Source: Girardia tigrina (Eukaryota). Taken from it: a stretch of 49,309 bases of DNA. Under the pieces are notes generated by a model. That model did no database searches, was not told the origin of the DNA, and worked only from the letters and a program-made list of their open reading frames with translations. The stretch covers positions 1-49,309 of the forward strand of contig MQRK01238310.1 in assembly GCA_001938485.1 (NCBI GenBank), written 5' to 3'. The translations under genes and the position numbers were made by a program. This document shows positions 23,901 to 39,400 of this stretch, one piece after another. Within the stretch, counting starts at the first letter, position 1. Every line of letters starts with the position of its first letter.

Positions 23901-25552
23901 TAATAAATATTATTGAAAAGTTGGCAGCATACGATATTGAATTAAATAAACACTCTAGCAAAGTTAATCTCAATAAATCTGTTTTAAAAAGTAATTTAAT
24001 TGCATTATATAATACTATTATTTTTAACATACTTTATTTATTATTGTTTACTCGTAACACGACGGTATGGTTATGTAAGATATTTTTTATATCCGCTTTA
24101 CTTTTCCTTTAACCATCGTATTGCAAAAAAAAATTTTTGAAACTATTTTTCTTAGAATTATCGAGAAATTTCATCAACAGTTTCAAATTTCAATGGCTAA
24201 AAATGCCGACACTTTGGTAGTCTACTTTTTGTTAAAAATCTTACATATTTCATGAATTATTCATAACTTTTAGCTACTCGTTAAATGGCAATAAAAATTA
24301 ATTGTGACTGAGCCTCAAAAATGCTTACGACACGATTATATTATTTAGAAGACTAACAGGTAAGAGGACACATTTGGCATAGAGTCAGTAGCAACGACTT
24401 CACTAATTAGAAAATTTGATTAAAAAGTAAATTATTATTACAAAAAACGTCTTTAAAATAAAATCTTTAAATGACGGTTGATAAAATGACGATAGTTGAC
24501 ATAATAGGATTTGTATAGTTGAAACAACAATGGAATATTGTTAGTAGGGTTAATGTAACTTATCCGCCACCCCCCCCCCACAAAAAAGCAGCTCATTAAT
24601 TTTTAAGAAAAATACTGAGCAAATACAAGTTGAGCAATATCAATTACAAAGGTTTCACAGCAAATTTTCTAAATAAACTCGATTTTTGTACAAAACAATA
24701 TCAATGCTTTTAACACTTTCCATAGTACACCATTGTATTCTTCCGCATAGGAAAATGTTGAATAATGGGCGGTAAACAACCTATTGATCCATCGAGTTTG
24801 CCTTACAACATCATCAATGTCAATATACAATCTATTACAGTCACATGTTATTATGGTCAACATATTTATACTATATATATATATATATAATGTAATGGTG
24901 ATGGTTGATCAGGTTATTTTGATAATATATAATGTAATTTTGATGGTTGATAATATAATTGTGATAGTTAATAATGTAATTTTTATGGCAGACTACGAAA
25001 AAACCAAACTGCACAATGTTGATTTTATTGATTTTTGAACATTTGCTAATGCATTTATTTAGTTACTTAATTCATTTATTATTTTAATAACTATTTAATA
25101 AATTATTAATTAATTAAATCAATTATTTATTTAATTAATTTTGAATTTATTGATTTTTGCACATTTGTTGATGTGCCTGCACATCCGATCGATTAATCTT
25201 TACATGTGCTCTGTTGATTGCAAGGTTTCTTTGTATTAAAGGTTTTCAAGTATAAATACAAGGCTTTTATGTAAATAAGAAGGTTTTTATGTAAAAAATA
25301 AGGTTTTTAAGTATATAAGTAGAACTATGGTTATATATTGTTAGTTTTTAATAAGAATAACATAATAACTTCGTTTCCCAAAATATATTTAATAATTAAA
25401 ACAAATACATAAAAAATGCGAGAATTAATGATGAAATAATTGGAACCACATTTAATTAATTTTATATAAATTAGTATTTATTTAAATGATTATAATTTTG
25501 AATAATAATTTAATAATACTAATATTCTTCCTAACATATATAATATATAATG

Positions 25553-25740
25553 ATCGGAACCGTTGCTATGGTTACGGGAACTGCTTCTAAGGTAACTAAA
25601 ACCTTCTCCATCTTAATTGACCTTGATCCATTGTTATGATAATCCTGACCATTGCTTAGGAAATTGGAACCGTTGCCATGTACACGGTCTATCCCTTATT
25701 CTTAGGGAAGGTCTTGGAGAAAGTATATTTTTCCGCTACT
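25553..25740 (-). repeat. Degenerate inverted copy of the X-box-like repeat element at 48839
   Basis: GTTGCTATGGTTAC (25562) and GCTTCTAAGGTAAC (25583) are 21 bp apart. The end GGAGAAAGTATATTTTTCCGCTACT resembles the reverse complement of 48839-48863. Confidence 0.6.
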
Positions 25741-26360
25741 ATTGTTCGAACGAAAAAAAAACTAAATTTCAATCAACAGAGGAAAAGAAATTGAACTAAA
25801 ATAGAAAATCAATTGTTAAACATTTAACTCTTTTCTTTTGAAGCGATGGTTAACAACGAATGATAATCAACGAGTTAATTCACTGTAAATGAAGACCAAG
25901 TCGCGCAATTAAAATATGGGTATTGAAATTACTAATTTACGAATAACGAATATACAGTGTAATCACATTCCCTTACACAGTAAGTAAGAATTACTTAATT
26001 CTATTTTTTAATAAATTTCTTATTGGATTTTTAATTTATATTATAAGTCAATAATTCTTTAATATTTTTATTATATAGTCTTTCAATAAAAATTTAATTT
26101 CTTTCTTTGTTTCATCATCTTATTTTTCTTTCTTCATCCCATCACTGAAGGAACCAGCTACTAATATGTCTTCCAGGGATGTCGGAGAAAAGAAAAATAA
26201 AACAAACGTTTTCACATAAATATACTTGATTAAGATAAATAAATATTTTATAAAAAAAGGAATATTGGGATTATGTTCCATTTGTGCCTCTATTTGTGTC
26301 TCATTTCAACATTTAAGTATTAAACAGTGCTTATTCCATTATTTTTATTAGCTTACTTTC

Positions 26361-27400
26361 TATGTCGGACTCCAATCTCTTTCAAATGGTATTGAGACAC
26401 TAGGCTCTTTAGTGGGTCAACTCCAACTAAAGAGTGCTAGCTGCCCCCCGATAGGCCTCCTACTGGTCTTGATCGCTTCAGTCTCCGAGATGTCTTTGGC
26501 TTCCCTGTTACAAACGACCAATCACGTACTGTGGTACCATGATTGAGCATCCCTTTGGCTGTGTTGGTGGACTTAGCGCAGCCACGAAAGGGGCACTTGA
26601 ACTCTTCCCTCGCTGTTGAATTAGTAATCCTAAAAGTCAAGTGCGTATCTTCTGGATTAATCATTTGCTCCACCACCATTGAGATAGTCGGAGGTTCTGT
26701 CGCTAACCGAGGATTGGTAGTTGGTATGTTTTGAAATGTGTCTGCTTTCCGTTGTATTGCTTCCTTCATTTGTTGCACTTGTTGTCAGTTGAATTTGATT
26801 TTCTTCCTCTGTTTTCATGTCTACTCTGTGATCCTTATTCAGATGTCTTATTAGCCATCCTCTTGTCATATAGCTTTTGTTGCATTTGTGGCATTGAAGC
26901 TTTTTAGCTTCATCCAGTTCGTCCTGATCACCTCTCTCTATGTGATCCCTCTTCTTGCTTGTTAAGTTCCTTTACTTCCGCAAACTCTTTGAAGCAGTCG
27001 TCTATAGGGCATTGAATTATTTTCTCTCTCGGGCAGATAAGTTTGGGTAAACTGATTGCTGTCCTTTCTGATCTTCCTTTCTTAATTAATCTAGCTATGT
27101 ATGTGCCTTGTGAAATGGTGGGATGTCGGTAAATAATGTGTTGTACAAATTCATTGTAATCAGCATCTTCGACGAATAGCCATTTCACATCGACACGTAG
27201 ACATTCCTTCATCATTTATTTCCTCATTCCACTGATCTTCTTTCCAATTGGTATAGTTGATCTCCACAGTCTCTGAAGTATGTTTGTCTCTGTGGAGTCC
27301 ATTTTGCAATGGAACATGAGTCTTTTACATGAAATTATATCCATTGGATGTAATAGCCCTGTCTATAAGTTCCATCCAAATCCTTTCTGTCTTCTTCACT
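26361..27400 (-). mobile_element. 5'-truncated retroelement 3' end encoding three C2H2-type fingers (probably non-LTR), copy A
   Basis: CPIDDC..F....L, CHKCNKSYMTRGWLIRHLNKDH and CPFRGC..S.....GMLNH; frameshifted. Shares its stop (GGLSGGS*) and 3' tail with the copy at 30270, and the tail with the copy at 41419. Confidence 0.65.
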
Positions 27401-27429
27401 TATAATATATATACATATATATATTATAT

Positions 27430-27696
27430 GCACACATACTTTGCACACTTACTCATTCTCGATGATAATAAATGATTATGTAAAAATTTCATCAAAAAAA
27501 AACGTTTTAAGATCCTAAAATGGGAAAAACGGAAATTTCGGAGTTCCCGAACAATATTAATTGCAAGATATCAACTTATAAATTATAAGTAGTTTATATT
27601 AACATTTATTGTTTTTTAATTAAATTTTTTTAAATATTGAATTTTTTAAATTTTAAAAACTTTGTTGGCAAAGTAGAGTTCTGTCTGCATAAAGAA
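27430..27696. repeat. Dispersed repeat next to (TA)n; inverted copy at 33121-33420
   Basis: Shared blocks ACTTACTCATTCTCGATGA and AAAGTAGAGTTCTGTCTGCATAAAGAA occur in opposite orientation at the two sites. Confidence 0.75.
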
Positions 27697-28919
27697 TGGA
27701 TATAAAAAATTTAATATTTTTATTTACTAGTTTTATTACTGTAACAGTTTCTTAATGCTTATAAATAAATTAATAATTGTTTGACACCAAATAGTCTCTC
27801 GTGACTTCCATCATTTGACGGGACAATTTATTTAGATGAACTTTATTTATTTATAAACTTTAATATAAAAAATAATATATATATATATATATAAAAAATC
27901 AATAAAAGATTGAATTTATTTTAATATACAGAAAATTAAAATAGCGATTGGAAACTGCGCTCTTGGAAATCGCTATATTATTTCTGATTGTCTGGGATAT
28001 ATTTCGACATAAACTCTAACAAAAAATTAGTTAAAATCTTGCATACGAGAAGCGATTTTTGACGTCTTCAATTACAAGAAAAAAGAAAACTAATTATAAC
28101 AATCCCGTCAAAATCGAGAAGTCAAAAAGTTTACGTGATTCAATATCCTTTTGTCTGAAGCAAAGAGTGAATATTAATTCTCTTCAATATAACCGACCGA
28201 CGTGGGTTTTATAAACATTGTTTTTGAGAAGACATCAAGTAATTCAACTGTTCTTTGACCTTTCCGATCTCAATAGATTTCTATGATTACGATTACCTTC
28301 CTTTAACCCTTCTTCGTTCAAACTGTAGAAAACAATATAGTTTCGTTAACAGTTATTTGTTCTTTTTATACGAATTAAAAAGGAATTGATTTTAAATTCT
28401 GAACTATTGTAGCTTGAGATCCCCTTCTTTTATAATTACAAATCTTTAAGACAAACAATATAATTATTGATATAATTAAAACCTTTTTAGTATGTCAAAT
28501 TTATAAAATAGAACTAATACCAATAATTTCTAATAGCGAAATACATTTCTTATCTTTTACGCTACTGTTATGTTTTATGATTGTACCTTTAAGATAAAAA
28601 GTCGTTTGCAGCTGTTTATATACAACAAAATATTAGTATTTTTATATATGTTAAACTGTAAATATTGAAAAAAAATATTATTATTAAAATAACAGAACAA
28701 CATTTATTAAAATATTTCGGTAATCAAGTTATCTTTTCATGAAAATAATCTTTAAAGATTACAGTTTTAAAATGAAACAACGTGACTAAGTTCTTCGTGC
28801 AAGGGTCTTCTGTGTGACAGAATTAGAAGCAGGGGGCCTACGCCCCCACGGCCTATGAACAGTATTAAAACTAAAATTCACGTTGGTGTTCTTTAAATCT
28901 GAAAATTGACACGAAAATA

Positions 28920-31900
28920 ATGCTTACTTGTTTATCTAATTGTTCGATTTTTTATTTTATTTTACCTTTTATTGCGTATTTATTCTACAAATGGATGTTT
29001 TCTCGAAAATATAAGTTACCCCCAGGACCAAAGGCTTGGCCGTTGGTCGGTTCGATCCCGGATCCTTATTCCAGTCCGTTGAGTTATAAGCGTTTAATGG
29101 AAGAATGGAAACATAAATATGGCGATATTATCCTATTTAAACGACTAGGAATGAATTTTGTATACGTGAATGATTATAAAATCGGTCATCAAGCTTTTGC
29201 TAAAACATATCCAAAAGAATTGGCAGGGAGACCGGTAAATGGCATCGGTTGATTTTGTAAATAAAATTAGGTTTAAATATTGATGAAATCATTGTAGATC
29301 GATTATCAGTTGGGAATCAGGACATATTTTTTACAAGAAGCTTAGACAACGGTTGGACTGAACTTCGCAAACAAATTATGATTATACTAAGAAAAGTTGC
29401 TGAACCGAAAAAAATGTCCGAAATATCAAATAATGCTTATGAATCGTTTGCATCACACATCAGAAATAAGAAAGATTTGGTAAGAGATGATGGGTTTTAT
29501 GTTGAACCCCTTTGTTATTGGGTCGGACACAACTTGCTTGTTCAAGTATTTTGGCAAGACATTGTTGACTTTGACGATTCAGATTATCAAGATTCAATCT
29601 CCGTTATCGGAAAACTAATGGCAAAAGTTGGAAATGTATGTTAAGAAAATTAATCTTAATATTTGTTTTTTTTAAATTTTTAATATTTAATTTTAAAGTT
29701 TTTAAATGATTATTAAAAATATAAATTTTATATTTTTCTAATAATAAAGATTTTCATTGTTTAAAGTAAAACTATCAGTCTTAAAATATATTTTTAATAT
29801 TGTAAAATTATTAAAATATTAACTATTTAAAGTTTTTTTAAAACCTTAACAATAATAATATTATAATAATACTTTATAAGGCCTAGTGAACAGTAATTTG
29901 AATTTTTAGAATAGATATTTGTTAAACATTTTTTAAAAAAATCAACGTTTAACATGTCTCTATCACATTCTTTGATCATCTTCAAAAACTTTATTTGTGT
30001 TCAATTTCATTGGTCAATATTTTTATTTTTAAGCAATAATTTTATTTATTTTATTTTAAGATAATTAATATTGAGGTTCCTTTACTTTTCCCATTGTGGA
30101 TGTTAATCAATGGGTTATAATGTCTTATAAGCAATGATTCACAATAGAACTTCTCATTATGTGAATAAATAAATAGAAAATTCTTCTTCTGAAATTGATG
30201 AAGTTCTATCTTTGCAACATATGCAGTAATCAAGAATCTTATTCTATCTACTCGACTGTAAGTGTTCACTAATCTGTGTTCTCAAATGTGGGCCTCCCAT
30301 CTCTTTCGAATGGTATTGATCCTCTAGGGTCTTTAGAGGGTTCACCCAAACTAAAGAGTGCTAGCTGCCCCCCGATAGGCCTCCTACGGGGACGGAGTGC
30401 TTTAGTCTCCGAAATTTCTTGGGCTTCCCTGTTGCAAACCAATCATGAATTGTGGTACCATGATTGAGCATCCCTTTGGCTGTGTTGGTGGACTTGGTAC
30501 AGCCGCGAAAGGGACACTTGAACTTTCCCCTCGCATTTGGATCTGCGATCCTAAAAGACAAATATGTATCTTCGGGATAAGTCGTTTGCTCCACCACCGT
30601 TGAAATAGTCGGGGTGACTGTTGCTGGCTGAAAATTGGTCGTTTGGATAAGTGTGGGTTCTTCGTCTCTGTCTGGATTGTCGCTTCTTCTGTTGGATTGC
30701 ACTGATGATTCTGTCGGATGTTCATTGATATTCTCTCTCGCTTCTATTCGATGATCGTTACGCAGATGCCTAGTGAACCATCCTTTCGTTTTGTAACCTT
30801 TGCTGCATTGGTACATTTAAACGGTTTTTCATCTTCTGGGAGCTGAAACGGGATGCTTACTGTAGATTCCGTGTGATCCCGCTTGAGATGTCTATTTAGC
30901 TCCTTTTGTTCGGCAAACTCCTTTAAGCAATCTTCTATCGTACATTGAAGGAGTTTATCTCTCTCATTGTGTAATTCAAATTTGAATTTGAAATTTTTTC
31001 ATTAACGTTACTAGAACCATTCTATTAAATAGCAAGAAAAGAAGAATTGATATCGATTTCGGTTATATTCTAATTATTCTCAGTATAAACACTCGTATTT
31101 CAACTATTTTCCAATTGGTGTGATTTCCACAGCCTATTAAATCGACTAATCAAGAACTGACAATTATTTGAATAGAAACTTTATTCAATAGCAGAGAATC
31201 CCAAGTACTATATATTTTATTTATTGTTCTGAATATTCTTATCATTTGTATCCCAAGTTAAATACATTGTATATTTTACTTGTAATTGTTATACAGTTCA
31301 TTTCATTAAATTGTTATTATCAAGAATTATTCCTTATATTTGATAAAATAATAATAAATCTCTCAATTAAAATTTAATAGTGGTTCGTTTAGTGATATTC
31401 ATTTATATCAACCCCGATCACTGTTATATATAATTTAGAATAAGTTGATCTTACAGAGGATGTATAATCAAAATATCCGAATTCGCGAAGATTGCATTCA
31501 AATCTCCACATTTATCGTAAAGTTGCTCCTGGAAGACACAATTGAACTTTAATATTATTTTTCTTTAATAAGTTACCTTATATTATAAAAATTAATAAAT
31601 TATTAAAATAAAAAAAATATAACACAAATAAAGTTGTTTTACATGATCAAAGGTTGTGGTTAAAGCATGTATAAAGTTGCTTTTAAATAAAAAAAGCTTT
31701 AACAAATATTATATATATATATATATATATAATTTATAATATAAATGAATAAAGTATATTTTATAATCATACAACTATTAAGTATGTTTCCTTTCAGCTA
31801 TCATTCTTTGATATAACACCTTTGAATGCTTTGCCACATCCGGGAAAACAGGAAATTGTGAAATATAGTAAACATCTATCCGACAAAATTCAAGTAAATA

Positions 31901-33419
31901 GAAACAAGTTAAATTAAGAAGTGAAATGTAATTTCGTTATAGAAACACATCAAAGAAAGACGTCAAGACGAAATATATAAAACTGAACCTCGGTTCTTCA
32001 TAGATTATTGCATTGAAATACAGGAGAACCAAGACAAACTAAAAAAGTTGGTTATAATTTCCTTTCTATTATTATAATTATAATAATAATAAAAATTATT
32101 ATTATTGGTGTGAACCCCAACGTATCCTGATGTAAAGTCATCATGAAAAATCAAAACCTATAGAGGGTCGTCTTACAAAATGATTCGCAATGTAACATCC
32201 AAATTACGAAAACCAAAATTTGAACAAATTATCTTTTGATTTACTTTAACCGAATTTGTGCCTTTTTTATTTAATGTTTAACAAATTCGCTAACTTACGG
32301 AAATTCTAATTCAATATTTTTCAAGTCAAAGTAAAATCCGATTGTGAAAAATCTAAGAATCAAAAAATATAAATCAAATATTTTCTTTAAATTAGATTTA
32401 AAATGTATAAAAAATCATTTGTATGCATTTCTTACCAATAGTTACTAAACATTTCATAAGTCTCACACTACACGTTTTACAGTTTATTGCTTCTTATTGC
32501 TCATCTCGCGGATCTCTTCAGAACATCATAAGAAAGAGTTTACTAAAGTACTTCAAAAACCATAACAAGATATTGCTTATTTTCAAATTTGATGATTAAT
32601 TCACTACATATATTTGTCTACCTTTGGTTGAGTGATTCAACGCACCAGTGACATCAGTCACTATTATGCACCAAAGTGGACACCAGGCCACTATGAATTT
32701 TAGCCCCCTCACTTTAATTTTATTTATGCATGGTATATTTAGGGACAATTTAAACATTTCTAGAAACATTTCCAATGCGATTGAGTACGACTCTGAATGA
32801 ATCAATTTACACTTTTTAATCATATATTAAAACTCAAATTTTTGTTATAATACCAAATTTAATATCAAAATAGATTTCAGGAGAGAGGCTTTTGAAACTT
32901 GTAAATTCTAATATATATTACTGATAAAAAATCTTTTCAGGTGCGTCCGGAAATAAGAGTATGGTGTCTGCTTGACGTTAATATATTTATACATTTAAAA
33001 TTAAATTTTGGAATATGCAAAATTTAATTTGACCGATTGTGCCATGAAAATATGAATGCATCTTTTTATGGAATTGTAATATATAACTAGGAAATCAAAA
33101 AATTAAATTTTTCTTATCAATTCTTTATGCAGACAGAACTCTACTTTACCAACAAAGTTATTAAATTTAAAAAATTTAACATTTAAAAAAACAATATAAA
33201 GTTAATATAAACTACTTATTATTTATAAGTAGATCTTTTTCAATTATATTTTTCAGGAACTACGAATTTTCCGTTTTTTTCACATTTTGGGACCTCAAAA
33301 GTTTTTTTCGATCAAATCTTTATATAATCATTTATTGTCATCGAGAATGAGTAAGTATGCAAAGTTTGAAGAAAATTGATTGAGTAAAGTCTTCAAAAAT
33401 AGGTTTCTAAATTCTATAG

Positions 33420-33457
<38 letters not shown>

Positions 33458-36400
33458 NNNNNNNNNNNNNNNNNNNNNNNNNNNNNNNNNNNNNNNNNNN
33501 NNNNNNNNNNNNNNNNNNNNNNNNNNNNNNNNNNNNNNNNNNNNNNNNNNNNNNNNNNNNNNNNNNNNNNNNNNNNNNNNNNNNNNNNNNNNNNNNNNNN
33601 NNNTATAAAGTAAGATAATAAAAAGAATGGAAAATAGAATAGAGTTCTTAAAACAAAAAAATCTTTATCAGTCAACATAAACATATTGTTTCTTTTGATT
33701 ACACTTAACCAAATGCCTTTGGATGTATGCACTTGCAATCTGCATTTTGTAAAATAAATTGGCTGTAAAACGAATTGTGATTCGACTTTCGGAGACTTAT
33801 ACATAAGTTATACAAAAGGTTGGTAATCATCTGTAACAGAAGTATCAATTATCAGCCCTTTCATTCATCCGTATTATCGAGATTGAGTGTAACTAGGATT
33901 AATTTTATCAAGGAAACTTTTTAATACATTGCATTATTTTATTCAATATGAAAAGAGATTCTTGATCAGGAGCATTTATATTTTTGTACACTTGAAAGTG
34001 GTCTAAATGGTCTTTTTAAAAACGTTATCAATGAATATATATTTACTTGTTCTTCTATGGTTTCAATAAGTCTATCTGAGATACAGATGGTGCTCACTTT
34101 CCGAAGAAAGCCCGATAAAATAGACAATAATTTATTTGATAACTTTTAGTGCATATATACGAACTCTTATTTATTACTTTTATCTTATTAGGTTGTTTAA
34201 AAAATGTCGTTTTTGAATGGTCCTGATTTTTCATCATGTTTTTAAATAAATTTTTATCATTGATTTATGTTTTGTACATAATTTTAAAGCTTATGAAAAC
34301 ACTATATTTCTCTGATACTTTGTTTAAATATAAGCTTTAAAATAACGTGTTTATTTAAATATTTGTCAATATGCAAAAAGCGCAATTACGAACAATTTTT
34401 ATATGAATTCAAACTTGGCCACAAAGCATCGGAGGCCACCCGTAGTATCAACGGTGCATTGGGCGATGGAATCACAAACGAACGTATTTTACAACTTTGG
34501 TTCAAAAAAACTGCCATTGAAAATTAAAATTTGAAGGCTCTAGTAGAAGCAAATCCAAGCACAACAGTTCCAGAGCTTGCGGAGGAAGTAGGTGTCACAA
34601 TAAAAACAATTTGAAACCATCTGCTTGACATTGGGAAGTCGAAAAAACTGGATAAATGGATTCCATAAGAGTTAAATGACAATCAAAAAAATGCGTCGCT
34701 TTGAGGCATCGTCTTAACTTCTTCTGTGGAACAAGAATGACCGTTTCTGGGCCGAATTGTAACGCGTGATGAAAAGTGGAATCTCTACGACAATTGGAGA
34801 CGTTCTTCTCAATGGTTGGACCACGATCAAGCTTCACAACCCTTTCCGATGCCGAAATTGTACCAAAAAAGATGATGGTGACTGTTTGGTGGTATTCAGC
34901 CGGTTTATTCATCATAGCTTCCTAAACCCAGGAGAAAAAATTGCAATAGAGTTACTGTCAGAAAATTCTCAAAATGGACCAGAAAATCCAACAACAACAA
35001 CCAGCATTAGTCAATAGGAAGGGGTCCATTCTTCTCCACGACAACGCTCGGCCACACATCGTACATCTGACAATACAACTGTTGAACGAATTTTGGCTAC
35101 TTTGAGTCATCCACCATACTCACCTTACCTCTCGCCTACTGATAATTACTTTTTCAAACATCTTGACATTTTCCTCCAGGAGAAATACTTCAAAAATGAA
35201 GGGGATGCTAAAACTGCCTTCAAAGATTTCATCGCCTCCAGAAAGCCAGAATTTTTTTGCAACCGGAATAAATAAACTTGTGCAACGTTGGCAAAGGTGT
35301 ATTGATGCTAACAATTTTTATTTCGATTAATAAAGTTGATTCTACGCTGAGATATTTGTCTTTAAAGATTAAGGTTAAAAACAAAATTATTTTTTAAACA
35401 ACCTAATAAAATCATATTGACTAGAATATTCATAATTAATAGGTTAGAAGATTTCCTTATTTAAGAAAATTAAGAAAATTAATATATTAACAACATCACA
35501 ATTTGAATGTAAACATTTATTGACAACACAAACAGATGTTTTACAACAATTTTCAGAGAGCATCTTTCTTTGATTGATATAGTTTTTGGATAATAATAAT
35601 AATAATAATAAGAAGAAGAATAAGAATAAGAATAAGAATTTTATTGGATAAAAAGGCATTAGGTAATTTATTAAATGAACTTTAATTTTTAAAATATATT
35701 AAATTTAATAAGTTAAAATCCTTTACTAAAAATATTATTAAAATTCATAATTATAAAACTTTAATTAATTAGTACTTAAAATTAATATCATTAAACTCAA
35801 ATAATAAATAAATCAATAAACATATCAATCCCATCTGAGTAGGAGAGTCACAAATCAAAACATCATACAAACAACAAACTTACAACATTCCAAATTATCC
35901 CTCACATAATAGATGTATGAATCTTTTTTAATAATAAAAATATAATTATTCTAACTAAGATTTATTATAAATTTATACAAATTGAAGTATAGAGAAAGAT
36001 TCTGCTGGTGATTAAGAATGTCCCTCGTAATAGGATTTTGATCGGATTTAGTTCTTATAAATTTTGATCCAGTAATTCAAAAGATTAGTACGGTTCCTTT
36101 CTATATATAGATGGAAACTCGTCAGTAGTTGATCGGAACAGATTCATTCAATTAGGGGATCGAAATCGGTTGAAGATAGAATAAGTTACGGATAGAAGCT
36201 CGACAATTTTTTTTCATTGATCGAATTATTTTTATAGATCGAAGTGGTATTACATGTTAAGTTCATTAAATATTTATATTTACCCTTTGACCCAATCTTA
36301 ATATTGATCATCTTGACATCAATTTATAATTTTATCAATTGCGTTCGAGGAATAAGTTTTAAACGAACCTTAAATGTCCCTTTTCTTTTTTCATCAAGCT

Positions 36401-39400
36401 TTCAACAAGAAATAAAAATATTTCTTGTCTTTTTCCTTATTACAAACTTTTGAAAAGCAATAAGGTAAGTTCAAATAGACTGGGACTTCTTGTTATCTTA
36501 ATAAGTTTAGTATGTCGATCAGCATAGTTCTGTACGAAATTGACAATAAATAAATAAACCTCACAGCAATCAAGAGGTATCAGAAGTAACATAACAAGAG
36601 TGATAACTTAAAATCATGATCGTCAAACATCAATTTTATCATCCAAGAATTTCAGACTTTCGTAATATTTTGGATCAATAATTGAGCAAATAATCAAATA
36701 AGATCAAACACAACGGTCAAATCTGATGCGGATTCTGTCTAAAAAACACAAAAATATATAAAATTGATCTTCTATTCTTTATTGGTGTTTGTCGTTTATA
36801 TCAATCAATCTTTATTTGTTGCCGTTTGGAGGGAGTTAAATGATTATCATTTCGTTTAAAATTAGTATATGATTGTGAAGTCATGCCACACATTCCTAAG
36901 ACTACCTTCTTACACAGATTACCCAAATTAATGTAAATTCAGTGATACTTCTAAAAGAATTTAATATTAAGGGTCTCACATGTACCACACTCATATAATT
37001 ATATATAAAAAAGTATAAAATATTAATCGAAAACATATAGACTGAAAAGAATTACATCGTGAAGAATACTTTATCAAAAGAGGTACTTATTAAAGCACTC
37101 TTTTAATTATTTACAATTCGGTTCCCCTACTTCCTTTTATTGTGATCAAAATTTGTTTCTTTATATCTTTCAAATCCTTCCGTTTTAATTTTTTCTTGTT
37201 CTATTTAATAATTATAAATATATATTATTAATACTTATTCGTAAAAGATAAATATTTATTTATAATTATAAGATGAACAGCACATATTAATTGAACGCAT
37301 AATAATAAATACATTCATTAAGTACCGTCTCTCTTGTAATTATATTAATATTTTTTATATTATCTTTTTATTACAAAAAAGTGTTTTGAAACACAAAATA
37401 TCCAAACACAAAATAAAAATCTTATTTTCAGGCAGAATATTCCGAAGACTAAAATTACGGTTCTTATATTAATGATCACATATTATTTATAATTATGCAA
37501 AACTGATAAACTTATAATTCAGTCATATGTTACCATACATTGTGTCCCACAATTGTGTCCCATATAATTATTCATTATAAAAGAAGTACAAATAAGAAAA
37601 ACAACATAACACTTAAAAAACAAAGTTTATTAGTGCAACTCAATACGTCCCCCATCATCTCTAATTATATCATTACATCGTTTGATGAAAGATTTGCAGG
37701 CTTTTCGGATAAGTTCTTCAGAAATTGGATTCCATACTTTTGTCAATTTTCTTTTGAATTCATTGATGCTCATTTTTAAGTCAAGTTCGTTAAGTGAATT
37801 TCACAATACCCCAGATTGAGTAATCTATAGGATTTAAAACTGGTGATACTGCTGGTTATGAAGCCTAGTAAGTTATCTTTGCACCATTGTTGCACATGTT
37901 TAGCTGCATGAGCAGGCGTAGAATCCTGCTCGAAAACCCATGATTAATTGCCAAGTAATTTTCTTGTATTTGGAAGCCGGTGCGACTTCAAGACAGTTTC
38001 CAAATAATAATAATGATTTATTTTTACTCTTACTTCAATAAACAATAACGGATACCGACCTTTAAAACTTACTGCAGCTCATACCATTACTCCCTTAGAT
38101 CCTTGAGACCTTTCAACAAATCTTTCATTGATAGGAATTTCACTGATTAAATGAGACCAAATCCGATAGTTCTGCGGATTATGCTGCTGTTGAAGCATAA
38201 AAAGCTTTTCATCAGAAAATATGATCGTCAATCGTGAGTGCAATCGAATAATTTTTTGACAACGTTCCTTACGCGCTTTTTAGTTTTTTATTTAGAGTCG
38301 TATGAGCTTTCTGACGTGTGTAAGCTTTTATATGCAAGGAATACTTTAAGATTCTGTACACTGAACTTTAACTTATATTTAATTTTTGGTGGTTTTCCAC
38401 ACTGTCATTTCTTTTTTTATTGTACGCTTAACCTGTCCTTGCATTTGACGAATCCGTACAAAAATTTCCTGCTGGCTTATTATGGAACAATAGAGCCAGT
38501 TCGTTCCCATCTCTTAATTGTTCAGTAAATAAATTTTCTGTTAATAACTTCACATGAACAATATTCCAAAGTTTCAACTGGTTTTTCACCTTTTTGATGA
38601 TGTTTTAAGACTTTTTCACGCTTGTAAATTAACTGATTCGTATCCAATGTAAATTAGAAATTAAAACAACGTTGGTGTAAAGAATTAATATATCCGTTTA
38701 ATTTTTTACAATTATTTCGATATTAAATAATATCCAACAATAAAATATCTAAAGAAATATAAAAAGATACATCCAAAAACGAATTTATTTCCCAAATTCC
38801 CGACAAACAACTTAACAATTCATATTCAATGTTTTATCAATTATTTTTAACTGTTAGTTAATATCTCTTTTATATGGTAGAAGTAATGATTAAAAAGTTT
38901 AAAAGAAACACTGCAAAAATATTTTTTCTTATTTTTACTTATTTTAGATTAAACAATTAATGGGACACAATTGTGGGACACCGTCTACATATTAGCACAT
39001 TGAGTGTCACAGATATTTTCACTATTTTTTAACAATTTTATTTTACTTTTACCCTATTTATAATCACCAAAAGTGATTTGTCACGAAGGATTATCAAAGT
39101 GCAAAAATATGACATAAATAGATTTACCACGTCCCGTGAAGGTTTGAGCATGTAATGTATTAATTACAGCATATATATAATTTTTATTTATTATAATAAG
39201 TTATTAAATGAGTTATATTATTTTATAGATATGAAAGTCTTCCAAAATTCACTGATTCTTTTATTGCTAATTTATCCTTGGACATTTACTTTGCCGGAAT
39301 GGATGCTTATGGTATTGGATTCTCGTGGACAATAGGATTGCTAGCATGTCATCCTCAAGTACAAGACAAAGTTCGCCAAGAATTGCAAGTAATGTCAACA

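Noticed and set aside
31000-31560. GDLNA on the minus strand, a possible LINE endonuclease relic
   Set aside because: A single short motif is not enough for a call.
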